Positions 12,771 to 25,729 of a DNA stretch of 64,000 nt are shown here, piece after piece. The DNA comes from Tubulanus polymorphus (Eukaryota; Animalia; Nemertea), in contig NC_134034.1 in NCBI RefSeq assembly GCF_964204645.1, forward strand, positions 13,591,062 through 13,655,061, read 5' to 3'. How positions within the stretch are numbered: the first letter of the stretch is position 1; every line of letters starts with the position of its first letter. The translations under genes and the position numbers were made by a program. The notes beneath the pieces were generated by a model that saw only the letters and a list, made by a program, of their open reading frames with translations, had not been told where the DNA came from and did not search any database.

Positions 12771-13714
12771 CGCTAAACGGGTTGGAGTAGATTTTTTCGG
12801 AAATTTCGACGTCTGTGTAGAAGGGTTGAGTAGATTAGCTCACTAGGTAAGGATGGGTTTCCCAATCTGTGCTGTGTATTTTTTCAAACACTTCACCAAG
12901 CATTTAACTGAAAATAAATCTGACCAACGAATCTCTTGGTTCTTTTTTTTCGAATTTAAGATTTTAAGCTTAGAATTTTCCCCAAAAAGATCAGCTTAAA
13001 ATGTTCACTTAAAAAAACGAGTGACCGATTTTGAAATAAAATTCGGCAGCCTCGAAGATGAAATATCAATAGACGATTTAACATTTTTTCGAAATTCTTT
13101 GTCCTTTAACACGTGAGAATCTCTTGAGATTTGTGAGAGATTACTTAAGGCTCCTCCTCCTGTCCGAGAACCGGGACAGCCTCGCAATGTTTGACTATGT
13201 GCTGTATATAGATATATCTAAATAACTATTTGTTATAATGACAATTATTATTATTATTATTATCATTGAGAATGAAAAAATGGCGCTTTTTGTTGCTTTG
13301 TTTTTTGCCATGTTTTGTGTACAAAGAATTTGCTTCGTGTTTTCACAGATTTTAGTTTCACAGGTGAAATAATAGAGTTTATTAGAGAAAATGGACGACG
13401 TACACGTTTGTTCCCTTAGCTGGGCCACGGACAGGACGTACCCTATTGGACCCATCTTTGCTCGCAAGGACTTGAGCCCGATTATTGAGATCGCGGTCAG
13501 GTATGAACGAGTCACAAAGCTAGTCGACTACTGTCGGATTTAATTCATCATTTGGTAAATGGTCGCATTCATTTTGAAAATCATCTCTATTTGCGAGTCT
13601 CAATTTGTATTTTAAATTCAATTTACCGAGTGCAAGTCATCATTTGGATAAGTTATCAGTTATGATATAGATACTAGGGTAGGTTCCGAATCCTTGTGAG
13701 GAAGGAACATGCTC

Positions 13715-13942
13715 GAGTCTCACGAAATCATCTGGTTCAAATTGTTTAGGAGGATGTGTCTACTAGGGCAGAGGTTTGTACTGTGACAGAGTCTCACGAA
13801 ATCATCTGGTTCAAATTGTTTAGGAGGATGTGTCTACTAGGGCAGAGGTTTGTACTGTGACAGAGTCTCACGAAATCATCTGGTTCAAATTGTTTAGGAT
13901 GTGTCTACTAGGGCAGGGGTTTGTACTGTGACAGAGTCTCAC
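13715..13942 (+). repeat. 74-bp tandem repeat, 3 copies, derived from the tRNA-like SINE head
   Basis: Period 74. Reverse-complement relative of the 77-bp array at 47514. Confidence 0.85.
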
Positions 13943-14839
13943 GATGTAGTAATCGGGTTCGAATCTTTGCGAGGGTGGATGAATATCGCGGAGAACTATA
14001 GGGTCGCAAGAAAATACTTTCTAACGCAGAGAGATTTAACATAAAATCAGACCTATTTTTACCAACAATATTCGACAAATAGAATAGTGATTTTACCGAA
14101 GCAAGGCTTATATCATTATCAATATTAAAACAATGTATAAACGAATATTTAAATATATAATGAATTGACCACATTTACAGAAGATTTGAATGCATGTTTT
14201 TTTTTGTAATAATGGTATATGATTATATAAATAAATGAATGAATATAGTTAATTATCTAAACATCTTCATACTTGGAAATATGAATTGTGTATAAACGAT
14301 GATAATAAATGATATACTTGTTATAGAAATATAGTTTTCAGTGTTTTTCGTTGAGTTATTCTCCAGCTCTAAGTTGTTGAGGTTGACAAAAAGAGCCAAT
14401 ATGCAAACTATAAGGAATTTTTACCAGGCCTCGTGTAGTCCCTCCTGACATCAAAGTTGTAACTACACGCACCATTTCACTAGCTTTCACTCAGTATCTG
14501 GCATCAGTACTCTAGTTCCGGTAGGCCTAGTCTGTCAGAAAATGCTCTTAGATTGAAACCTCGAGTTTCACATTCCTCACAACTCTATGTATCCCTCAGT
14601 AAACTAAAGTCTGAACGAATAATTTTTTGTTTGAATAAATTTATCATTTTATAGCATCCTATATACATTTACCTCGTATATATAACATATACAGTACGTT
14701 ATACGAACACTTAAAATTCATTTATTTAAATAAATCTCTATCGAGATGCGTTCGACAACCCTCCGGTGAGGGCTTCTTCCAAACCAACCCAACGAACATC
14801 GTACAGTTATTACTCAACAAACATAGAACCAGATTTACA

Positions 14840-15035
14840 ACAGTAGAACCCGTTCTAGAACAGTAGAACTGAGACTACAACTGTAGAATTGGGTCTAGAT
14901 CTGTAGACTCAGGTCTAAAACTGTAGACTCTGGTCTAGATCTGTAGACTCAGGTCTAAAACTGGAAACTCTGGTCTATAGCTGTAGAACTGGGTCTAAAC
15001 CTGTAGAACTGGATCTAAAACTGTAAAACTGGGTG
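14840..15035. repeat. 20-bp minisatellite (ctgtagactctggtctagat-like) in RRS1 3' region
   Basis: About 9 degenerate 20-bp units. Confidence 0.85.
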
Positions 15036-15073
15036 TTGATTCATTCAGTCTTTACGGACTGATGCATATGAAC

Positions 15074-16441
15074 CTATCGTATTTTACCGCCGCGTTTTTT
15101 CCCCGCCGACCCTCCGCCGATCTTCTTGCCTCGTTTTCCCGCTTTCGGTTTTTTACGCGCCGACGCGTCGTCTCCGTCGCCCGCGTCCATTTTCTGTCGA
15201 TGTCGTTTCAAATCGGCCTCGTTTAAATGCTGATTGGTCGCTTTCTTGACGTCGAACACTGGTTTATTGCGTTTCAAATCGCGTAGCATATTTAAATTAC
15301 GCGTTTTTTCGTCGTTGAAACTGGCGCCGATGTTCGGTTCGAATTTACGTCGTTTACCCGTATTTTTCGCCGGTTTCTCGTGCGGTAAATTCTCGGTGAA
15401 TTTACCGATCGACGCCGTCGATTTCTTCGCCAGCGCCAACGCCTTTTTCACGTGATCTTTATTCGGGTTGTCGGTCGGCGTCAGACCGACGCCGGGTACT
15501 TTTCGTTTTTGCGATCGGGCGATGTTACGCAAGCGATGGAGTTCGTTTTTCGCGACGCGTTCGGATTTCGCGTGTTTGCGTTTGGCGAACTGATCTTCCA
15601 TCGGGTCTTTGTGGTCGGGAATTTCGATCAGCCAGTCTTTAGTGTCGTCGTTCGCGCGTTTATAGCCCCAACGCGGTTTCCACTCCTGCGCAGAATCGTC
15701 CCAAACCATTCGACTTTTCTTCGTACTATTGATGCCTGAAACAGAGAGAACAAGTAAGGAGGGCGCGAACATGAGGTATGTGAAATAAAAATAACCCTCC
15801 CACATACCAGTTTTACAGAAAAGTTGCACTCAAATATTTGGTAACTTCATCATTTCAATGAGGATAAGAAATCAATTCAATAATGCATACTCAGGGTCTA
15901 TATAAACATGATCGTAATTGTTTTAACGGCGTCAAAAAGCTTGGCTCTTAATTAACCAAGACACCGCTAATAATCTGAACACTAGATCGAGAGACTCTCA
16001 ATTTGTCTTAAAATGTGACTAAAACACTCGGTCAATCACAAGGAAAAATCAACGAGCTAAGTCCAGTGAAACCGGCTAATACGCTTTACCTTTCATTTTA
16101 GCGAATTCCTGCCATTTCGTCAGCGGTTTCTCTTTCGGCGCAGGTTTTTCTCGGGGTAACAGCATTTTTGGCTCGGGCAATTTCGCGACGACGACATCTT
16201 CGACCGTTTCCACCGGCAGCTGCCAAATACTGTTCAACAGTAGCTGCGTGTTGTCGCGCGCTAAATCTTTCAAGAAACGATCGCCCGCTTTACGATAGTC
16301 GTACAGATTCAACGGGTTCGCGTCGACTGCCAGTAAATTGCCCTCGTCGATTTCTAGGTCGATGTCCTTCGTGACTTCGGTCGATTTGTATTTCGCGTCG
16401 CGTTCCTCGATTTCGGCCAAAACGTTCTCAACGACCTCCAT
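15074..16441 (-). CDS. RRS1: ribosome biogenesis regulatory protein RRS1
   Basis: Exons 16441-16090 and 15735-15074. Motifs LARDNTQLLLNSIWQLP, LPREKPAPKEKPLTKWQEFAKMKGI, VWDDSAQEWKPRWGYKRANDDTKDWLIEIP. Confidence 0.95.
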
Positions 16442-17345
16442 GTTGATCCTGATTTAACGATGAAAAGATAACAGCATTGATAGGAATCAATTTCGCCCTT
16501 CCAATATGTGTTATGTAGACCTAGGGTTAAATAGTTAATTCCAGGGTTCCTACAGGACCATCAATATGAAATTTGAGGGGTGTTTGAGGGGCTTTTCGAG
16601 GGTATGATCGCCAAATTTGACGGTCATTTTTCACGACGAAAAGCTTTAGTCCTAACCGATACGTAGAATACTTATCGTCTCATCAAAATACTTCGAGGAG
16701 CTAGAGGCCACCTGGAATGCTCTCAAGTCAGGTTGAAATAGACATTAGGCACCTATGAATAACCTTTTTAAGTTCGACCATATTCCATTCCATACTATAA
16801 TTCAACTTTATTTTTTTTTGGGTGAAAGAAGTAGAACTCACCTAGGATAGGTAGGGGGCCGAATTGTAAATTCCCTACTAAATTCTAAAATTAAATTTGA
16901 ATTGAAGATTACCAAGCTAACCCTAACCCTTATTTCTCAGCAGTTGAAATCAGTATCGAATCGAATACTGTTTCGGATCACTTGTAAAACTCACCGATGG
17001 ATCGGTAATTCTAATCGTCGACGATCGTTAGTCTTCAGTTAATTATCTCAATTAGGAACTTTAATCAAATCGAAAAACGTGAAACATGTGGATCAAGCAG
17101 GTGTCGCCATCTATGAAAACTTAACCGCATTAAACTCAATTATTTGATGGCGATAATTCCATAATAAGCATTTTTCATATAACCTTCATTACAAAACATG
17201 TATTCTAATTTGATTCATGAACATTTTGATAGTTTTTGATTATTAGAAAAGTGAAGTGGAATTATTTTTCACAGACTGGTTACCGGTCTCTATTATCAGG
17301 CAACCAGTCTATTATCTTCCACCGCGGCCGTTGCGAAGTGGCGCC

Positions 17346-17360
17346 GTCGCCATTAGCAAC
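17346..17360 (+). promoter_or_regulatory. RFX X-box in the RRS1/SPAG6 head-to-head promoter
   Basis: GTCGCC-ATT-AGCAAC fits GTNRCC-N0-3-RGYAAC, about 120 bp upstream of the ciliary gene SPAG6. Confidence 0.65.
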
Positions 17361-17477
17361 CAAACAGCGTCGCTTCGTCGTGTGTGGATCGGGAGAGAAA
17401 TTTGTTTCGTGTCGAAAGAAAAACATTTCGCTGTGATAACCGATTTAGTATAGTTCCATAAACTACACTCCAACAAG

Positions 17478-20400
17478 ATGAGTACGCGTCAAGTTTTACA
17501 AGGTGAGATCATCATTGTTATCCTACTTTTGGTAGCTTTGAGTTAATCGAGTTAACTTCTTCAAAAATGTTTTAACTTCTTCGTTTTCAACAAGCAAGCC
17601 AATTCAAATTTATCTTTATTCTCTTTTCGTTGTCCTTTACTTAAACTGTTTACTTAAAATGTGAGTGCACATTTGGGGGCAAGCATCTGAAATTTCGCTT
17701 GCCCCCTCCAAAGGCAAAAGCTACTTGCCCCACACAGACAGGCAGTCCGATTATCATCCGTTGTATGGAGTGGGAAAGAAGCTTTGTGACTTAAAATTGC
17801 ACCAACTCGGTCGGTGGACAAGTCATAGGCCTAATGATAACAATTCAAAATTTACCGTTTTAGTTCTTAAACTTTTTCGTTAAACTGGGTCCTGGACTAA
17901 AGCTAGATATATTTCCTTTGTTTTTTCGATTCCCAATATTACAATATTACAACTGTCTGGGAATAGTCGGAGTGAAATAACAGTGGCGCCACCTAGCCTC
18001 TCTCGCGAAATATCTCATATAAACGGAATGTTTTATGTGTAATTTACAGTATTTGAGCAGTATCAGAAAGCTCGCACGCAGTTCGTGCAGACGGTCGCCG
18101 AGCTCGCGTCGAGACCGCAGAATATCGAAACGCTACAGAACGCCGGCGTCATGTCGTTATTACGCCCCCTATTGTTAGATATCGTACCTACGATACAGCA
18201 GACGGCAGCCCTCGCTCTCGGACGCCTCGCTAATTATAACGATGACCTAGCTGAAGCCGTCGTCAAGGGAGATATTCTACCGCAATTGGTTTACTCGCTG
18301 GCCGAACAAAATGTAAGTTGTACAAAAAATCTCTTTTGACGAGAGAAATCCCACAATAACGAAGCCAAGATTGACAAATTCTATATCAGAATGATTATAT
18401 TTGAGTACGCCTGATGATGGCTGACAACTGTCATATCATCAATTCCAAGATGGGTGACAAATAAAAACCCACTATTGTATGATTTTAGTTCCTCTGAAGA
18501 TGAGGTTTACAAAATAAACTTTTTCTACAAATTTACTGTGGTTTTTTATTTCGTATTAAAATGAAGCTAATTTTGACCGTAGAATTAAAGCAATTGAGAT
18601 TGAGATTTTGGTTCTTAACTAGAAGGGGTCATGGAAGAAGTATCAGTGTTTGGAAATGATCTAATTTAAACTCTAACAAAATATGTTTGTTTTTTTATAG
18701 AGATTCTATAAGAAAGCTGCCGCGTTTGTTTTGAGAGCTGTTGCTAAACATTCGCCTCAGTTAGCTCAGTCGGTGGTCGACTGCGGAGCTCTGGAGGCGT
18801 TAGTGATCTGTCTAGAAGAGTTTGACCCCGGGGTTAAAGAGGCAGCAGCGTGGGCGTTAGGATACATCGCTAGACACAATGCAGGTATCGTCTATTAGTT
18901 ACATCTTACGTCTATTGGATAGAAATGGGTACCTCCATGAATCACCCTATGACATCATCCATTTACCATGTGCTCTAAATAGGCCCTGCTAGAAAAATGC
19001 CCTACGAATAAGCGGAACTTAGTTCTGTAAAGGGGGTTGGCTTTGGTGACTTCCTTGAATTTATTAGTGAAGATGTGTAGATCTCCAGAGAGAATGGCTG
19101 CTTCTAAAATCCACCCTTGAAGTAGGTGACGTTATCAAGTGGCATAATCAATTGATCGTCAATTAATTTGAGCCGTGAAATTTTGTCCCGCGACTGGTTG
19201 CACTGTCGTAAAAACTAAAGCCCAAAATTGGTCTTACATCTTAAGACTGGTTTTAAGTTGTTAGATTGGCTATAGAACTTAAACTGGTCTTAAGTCCAAG
19301 CCGTGACTAAAAAACTGGCCACTGAGCTGGTTGCATAGTCATGGCTGAGACTTAAGACCAGTCTTTAGATTTAAGTCCTGACTGTGCAACTGGTCCCTGA
19401 TGATCAACTCGAGATCAGAATTTTTTCCAAGGCGTTAACTTAATTTCGACGATATTTTTATCTAGAATTAGCTCAAGCAGTGGTAGACGCCGGGGCCGTG
19501 CCGCTGTTAGTGCTGTGTATCCAGGAACCGGAATTATCGCTGAAACGAGTCGCTGCGTCTGCTCTCTCCGATATCTGTAAACATTCACCGGAACTCGCGC
19601 AGACGGTCGTAGACGCCGGCGCCATCGCTCATCTCGCTCAGATGGTTCTCAATCCTGACGCTAAACTGAAGGTAACAGCTTAACCGACTAGTCAACCTGA
19701 TTTTCAGTATTTGTTGCTCACAAGAAATACTGATTTGATTTGTTTGATGCGTACATAAATATAAAACATGTTACTGAGGGTCTTACTGTTGATTACTGAT
19801 TAATTTGAACAGAAATATGAAAGATGTTACTGAGGGTCTTACTGTTGATTACTGATTAATTTGAACAGAAATATGAAAGATGTTACTGAGGGTCTTACTG
19901 TTGATTACTGATTAATTTGAACAGAAATATGAAACATGTTACTGAGGGTCTTACTGTTGATTACTGATTGATTTGAACAGAAATATGAAAGATGTTACTG
20001 AGGGTCTTACTGTTGATTACTGATTGATTTGAACAGAAATATGAAAGATGTTACTGAGGGTCTTACTGTTGATTACTGATTGATTTGAAAATTTAATTTA
20101 AATGAACATTAATTTAAAGCTTTTGACTATGATGGAATTTGTTGAATTTTGGGTATGAGAGCAGACCAAATGTTTTTCTTTGTAACCCTGAAACCTGTAT
20201 TTCAATCATTATTTTTCCTATTACAGCGACAAGTTTTCTCGGCGTTGAGTCAGATTTCGAAACATTCGGTCGATTTAGCCGAAATGGTCGTCGAGGCTGA
20301 AATCTTCCCGGCCGTTTTGACTTGTCTGAAAGACCAAGACGAATACGTGAAAAAGAACGTGGCGACCCTGATCCGAGAAATAGCCAAACACACCCCAGAG

Positions 20401-22435
20401 GTAGGCTTTTAAACTCTGCAAGAATTTTCGTTTTGCTGCAAGTTTTTTTTTTTTTCAAAGAATCTTTAAACAAATGACAGGTTGAGTCTGTTTTGAAATA
20501 GATAATTATTTTTTTCGGTAGCGTTTTTTTTTTTCCTACGTGTTTATTTGTGTCAGTTCTACCATGGTTCCCACAGGGAAATTGGGAAAAACTTGGGAAT
20601 TTTGAAATAATAATTCCCGGTTTGGAAATATTTGGGAATTTGAAATATTTGTTTCATTTCACGTATTCATTTGCCAAGGGCAACTATCTTTTCAGCGATT
20701 TCCCTTGAAAATTACCTTTATCAACAGTCACCGCTAAAATGTTGACAGTTGCATGACGATATGTGTTCATTTGCATCTGGGAAAATTGAAAAATCACCCA
20801 TGAAATAGTTGGGGAAAAACTTGGGAATTTTGAAATCATATAACTGTGGGAACTCCTGGATCGACCAACCCCGATTGGATAATTAGTGAATTCTTTGGTT
20901 TTTCTATTATAGTTGGCTCAGTTGATAGTGAATGCAGGTGGCGTTGCTGCAGTGGTCGATTACGTCGGTGACTCTAAGGGTAACGTCCGGTTACCGGGTA
21001 TAATGATGTTGGGTTATGTGGCAGCTCACTCTGAGAATCTAGCCATGGCGGTCATCGTATCGAAGGTAGGCTGTGAAATCTGGAACCGAGACCTTAACTG
21101 AATACACTCAGATCAAAATTCTATCCAGTTAAACTCTGTCATTGCTAGTTAATTAGTAACCTGTGACAAACCCAGAAAAGATCATTTGCAAATGGATCAA
21201 TCTATGGATTCCCCCTATGACATCATGTCGTTATATTTGACAGGGAGTTGTTCAGTTGGCGATCGCGTTAACAGAAGAGCCGGAAGATCACATTCAGGCG
21301 GCGTCCGCGTGGGCGCTAGGTCAAATAGGTCGTCACACGCCTGAACACGCTAAAGCTGTCGCCGTGGCGAACGTATTGTATCGTTTATTACATTGTTACC
21401 TGAGAACGGACGCGTCTGAAGATTTACAAACTAAAGTAAGTTTATTACGTTCGTCGTCTCAAGTATCAGACACGAGTAAATGAAAATAACTTTAAAATCT
21501 ATAAATGAAAAAGATCGAAGAAAATAAGTTGTTTTCACTCGCTTCTTATTCAGGCTAAAAAAGCGTTGAAGAACATTCTACAGAAGTGCGTTCACCTGGC
21601 CGCGTTGGAGCCGTTGTTGGACGAAGCGACGCCGAACATCATGAAACACGTCGTCTGTCAGTTCAGTAAAGTGTTACCTCACGACAGTAAAGCTCGTCGG
21701 TTATTCGTAACTAGCGGCGGACTGAAGAAAATACAGGAAATCAACACCGAACCGGGATCGGCTCTCGCTGAATACATCAACACAATTAATAACTGTTATC
21801 CCGAGGAAATTGTCAAGTAAGTTCTCACTTCAAACATTTTATTAAATTTTCACTAAATTTTGTAGCTCTCCTTTTGACTCTGAATCGGTATTGTAAACTT
21901 AAGTTCAATTAAGTGTCTATGATGCTATGGGTCGGGGGCTATTTCAGCAAAGTCTAACTTAAGTTCAAGTTCAAAGGTGATCTTACAGCTTAAGACCGGT
22001 CTTAGGTTGGTTATATAGAATAAAGGTTGTCTAAGATTTGGTCCAAAAATCTAAGTCATGACTGTTCAATTTGCCCCCAGGGCCCTAGATTGGTTATAGA
22101 ACCAAAATGAGCTTAGACTGGTATTAAGTTGTTAGATTGGCTTTAGATCAAAAATGTTTGATGGAAACTTTTCTTTGCTTATAAATTGAGAGGAGTTATC
22201 AAAAAAATTTCTAACAGTTAGGACGCAAGCTCGAACTAGACTTTTCCTTAAACATTTAGATCTAAGGTCAGCTTTAACTTGGCCATCTTCCTACATCATC
22301 TTAATCTTTAGTTAATGTGTTTACGCAAAATCGATATTTACTATTTGTTTATTTCATTAATCTATTTTCAGATATTACTCACCCGGGTACTCAGAGGCGT
22401 TACTCGAAAGAGTGGAGTCATACCAGGCCCAGTAA
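17478..22435 (+). CDS. SPAG6: sperm-associated antigen 6 (PF16; armadillo-repeat central-pair protein)
   Basis: Exons 17478-17502, 18050-18312, 18701-18884, 19466-19671, 20227-20400, 20913-21065, 21244-21435, 21554-21816, 22372-22435. Reads MSTRQVLQVFEQYQKARTQFVQTVAELASRPQNIETLQNAGVMSLLRPLLLD ... NCYPEEIVKYYSPGYSEALLERVESY. Confidence 0.97.
19768..20088. repeat. 56-bp minisatellite, about 5.7 copies
   Basis: Unit atgttactgagggtcttactgttgattactgattaatttgaacagaaatatgaaag. Confidence 0.95.
20563..20858. mobile_element. degenerate hAT-like MITE
   Basis: Ends CATGGTTCCCACAG...CTGTGGGAACTCCTG with repeated gggaaaaacttgggaattttgaaat subterminal motifs. Related left ends (cagggttcctacagg) at about 16542 and 37859. 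No clean TSD. Confidence 0.5.
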
Positions 22436-22902
22436 CTCGCTACCCGAGATCAACATCATTACAAAACTTTCCGACAAAAATTCAACACCAGTCAACCGAG
22501 AAGAAATCAACATATTTGTATTTTAAAACGTTTCGAAGAAAACAAAAATAAGCATGCAAGAGACGCTTATAATTTAACGACACACGATCAACAGCGGACA
22601 GACTAATTTAAAAATGTTAGTCGAAACAAAAGCATACATTAGACGCTTACTATTTCAACGTTGGATTTTACTGTTATTAGTCGAGAGTCCGTCTGCTTTC
22701 TATTTACCGGTTATCGTCACGAACAAATCTGCATTGTTATTATATTATCTAATTATTAATTTAATCGAAGATTATTTATTTCGTCAATAAAATCTTTTTA
22801 AACGATCGTGAAATGGAGAAAAAAGCGTTTGTGTCTAGGTCCATTTGTTAAAACTGGCTGGTGGTTTTTTGGCCTTTCGGAATTCAGAGGGTAGTCATTC
22901 CA

Positions 22903-23190
22903 GCATCCTCCCGTGACAGGGACTCGAATCTGATGGCATCGAGATTGCCACGGTACGAAACCCTGCCACATTAGACCGAGTGCGCAGCTTAGATGATGTC
23001 ATTATCTTGTTTTCCCATTTGTAGTCTCTGTGAAATGTACCTCAGGGATTATACAACGAGCAATCTGATTGGTGCCGCAAGTTTTGGTGCAGCTGAACCC
23101 GCGCACTTGGTCTAGAGTGGCAGAGGTTTGTGCCGTGTCTGAGTGTAGCGATGCCATCAGGTTCGAATCCCTGCCGAGGGAGGATGCCAT
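22903..23190. mobile_element. pair of inverted tRNA-derived SINE heads (22903-22988 minus; about 23095-23190 plus)
   Basis: The plus copy has an A-box-like TTGGTCTAGAGTGG and a perfect B-box GGTTCGAATCC. The minus copy is its reverse complement. Another copy lies at about 39415-39490 (minus). Confidence 0.65.
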
Positions 23191-23596
23191 TCCAGGAGTA
23201 TGTGGTCTCTACCAGCGTCTGGACCCTGCCTTCCCATTGAGGTTGCCATTCATAAAAATACAATGGATTCCATGGATTGCCTCAGATTATTATTGTGCAA
23301 CCGAACACTTCAAAATCTTCCTGCCACTGCCCAGAATTCACTTGTCCACTTCATTTCACAAGAGAAGCAATTAGAAAGGAAATTGATTCTTTTTGATATA
23401 AATTTCTTTTTTTTCAATCAATATCGAATACAAAAAAATATTACAAACAATATTATTATTACACTTTAGCAAAAATTATGAAATCTATTTCAGTTTCACC
23501 GTTAGTTTACATTGCGTTATTGATAATATACTCGAAAAAAAAATTGAACAAGAAAAACGATAACAAGTTTCAGAGGTTCCTGAGACGTTGATTCTG

Positions 23597-24809
23597 TTAG
23601 GTGAAACTACTCCTCCATCGGCGATGTCTGAATTTTTTCCTATTTCTATTTCTGCCACCGCCGCGGTGGTCGTCCCTGCCGTCTGCCTCGAAAGTTTTAT
23701 TCGTCCATTTACTTCGCGGCGGGCGATTTTCGTCGTCCACTCGTATCGGCGACCATCTCGCGACGCCGTCTGCCGCGACAACTCGTCGACGCATCTCCGT
23801 CAAATCGGTCGACGAGTTACGATAACCGAAGCCAGGCGGCGCCGCGATCGATGAAGACATTCCTCGTCGAGACGATTGTTGCTTGTTGTTAACTCGTTGC
23901 GATTTCAAATACTACGAAAGAAGCGAAAAAAGTTTTAAAATTGAGATTGCGAAATCGACGACTGATGCTTGGAGCCGGTTTCACAAGTCAAAGCTTAGAT
24001 TCTTAACACTAGTTTAAGACCGGCTTAGTTCTATAACTGATCTAACAACTTATGACCAGTTTAAGCTCATTTTGGCTCTATTACCAATCTAACAACTTAA
24101 GACCAGTCTAAGCTGGTTCTGGTTCTATAACCAATCTAACAACTTAAGACTGCTATATAGACGGCCACTCTATGTGATGAACGAACCTGTTTATATTTAT
24201 CGCGATGACCGCTAGTCGAACAGTGATCGATTTCGGCCGTATTTCTACTCGTGAAAAATCGCCGACACAGCTGACAATAAAACCCGGTCATCGGTGCAAC
24301 GAACGACTGACCTGTGAATAGGGAAAACCGAACTGTGCTAAAGCCGGTTTAACTGGTTGGGTTTAACGAGGCGTTATGTACTACCTATCGGAATTCCTCC
24401 TCCTTCTGAGCTGTTGTTGCTGTTGGCTGCTGTCATACTTGCTAACGTTGAAATGAGTCCATCTGCAAAACACATTCATAAATGCAGGCGTGGATTCAGA
24501 AGGGGCACGGGTCACGCGCCCCCTTTTTTGATCGAGTATTGTTGACAATTGGCAAATACCCCGGAGAAGGTGTTAGATAATTGACATGATAGGGGTCATT
24601 TTGTTATCATGAGGGAGATTATCGAAATGGGGGAGTTGCTCGTGGTGATAGACATGGATTAGGGGAGTGGTATCTGATGATTGACATGGGGAAGGGGAGT
24701 GAGTAAGCTTACTGTAGCAGATGGCAGGTTTCTGATCAGTGAGGGGTGAACTATTAACTCTTTTTACAAAGATCACATCATCATCTTCAGATTCTTGCAG
24801 CTGCTGCAT
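23597..24809 (-). CDS. small matrin/U1-C-type zinc-finger protein (about 200 aa) with Arg-rich C-terminus; start codon uncertain
   Basis: Exons 24809(ATG; acceptor at 24852)-24713, 24462-24385, 24311-24187, 23911-23597 splice in frame. Exon 3 encodes GQSFVAPMTGFYCQLCRRFFTSRNTAEIDHCSTSGHRDKYKQ, matching the Matrin-3/ZNF638/CIZ1-type GFYCxLC...HC....H finger. An alternative ATG exon (MKTVK, 25469-25454) is also in phase with 24462. Confidence 0.7.
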
Positions 24810-24951
24810 CTTCCGTGTACGGTCGGCTTCTATTGACACAATGAACTGGAATCTGAGGAGAAATAGAAGATTTCAGTTCCCCAGTAATTGAACTGCAGTG
24901 AACTGACTTACAGTCTGTAATTAAATAGTAACCGGACTGCGGTTTAGACAC

Positions 24952-25073
24952 GGGCCAGTAGCTGAATAGTTGGTTTAAGATAACCGGTGGATAAATACCA
25001 TAGTAACAATGAACATTGTCACTATGTTAACTATCCACTGGTTAACTCTAACCAACTTTTGAGCAACTGTTCC
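24952..25073. mobile_element. MITE family B (GGGCCAGTTGCTCAAAAGTTGGTT ends)
   Basis: Co-linear with the 28230-28358 and 44322-44431 copies. Confidence 0.75.
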
Positions 25074-25729
25074 TTGCTGTTTGCAGTACATCGCCAACTT
25101 TTGAGCAACTGTTCCTTGCTGTTTGCAGTACATCGGGGGGTTGACTGTACTGTCATTTTTTAAGCAAGTGGGCCAGGGCTCAAAAATTAACTTGTCAACT
25201 ACTGCATCTGCAAGTCTAACCAACTTTTGAGCTCAACTGGTCTCTCTGACTGGGCTGTTCATTCAGTTGAGACTATTACTGTCACTGACTCAACTTCAAA
25301 AGTTTGTTTGGTTCCAAACCGGACCAATCCAGCAACCGGACTGCGCGGTGTCAGTAGTTGCAGTTAGTTTTATTACTCAAATTCCACAGGGCTGGTTACT
25401 ACAAGTAACCACCCTCTAAAATCAGGAATGCGAAAAACACGAAATTGACCCACGTTTTACAGTTTTCATGCAGCAGTACCGCAACGGAGCCAGTAACCGG
25501 CAGGTGCTGCCCCGTTCTACAGACGGCCTAGTGTAGAACTAGACGAATTGTTAATTTTATCGGGATTCGAACCCAAATTCGACGTTAGCCGTCAAACGCT
25601 TCCAAATTTCGGAGAAAGTGCAGTTCCATTGAACTTCACAATCGATATCAATCGCTGATTCGTGATCAACCCTTGAATTGACAAGCGATAAACAAATAAT
25701 CGACGAACCGTAGAGATTGTTTTCTAGCG

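Noticed and set aside
23095-23190. Possible tRNA gene
   Set aside because: A/B boxes are present but no cloverleaf can be folded, and diverged dispersed copies exist, so it is treated as a SINE.
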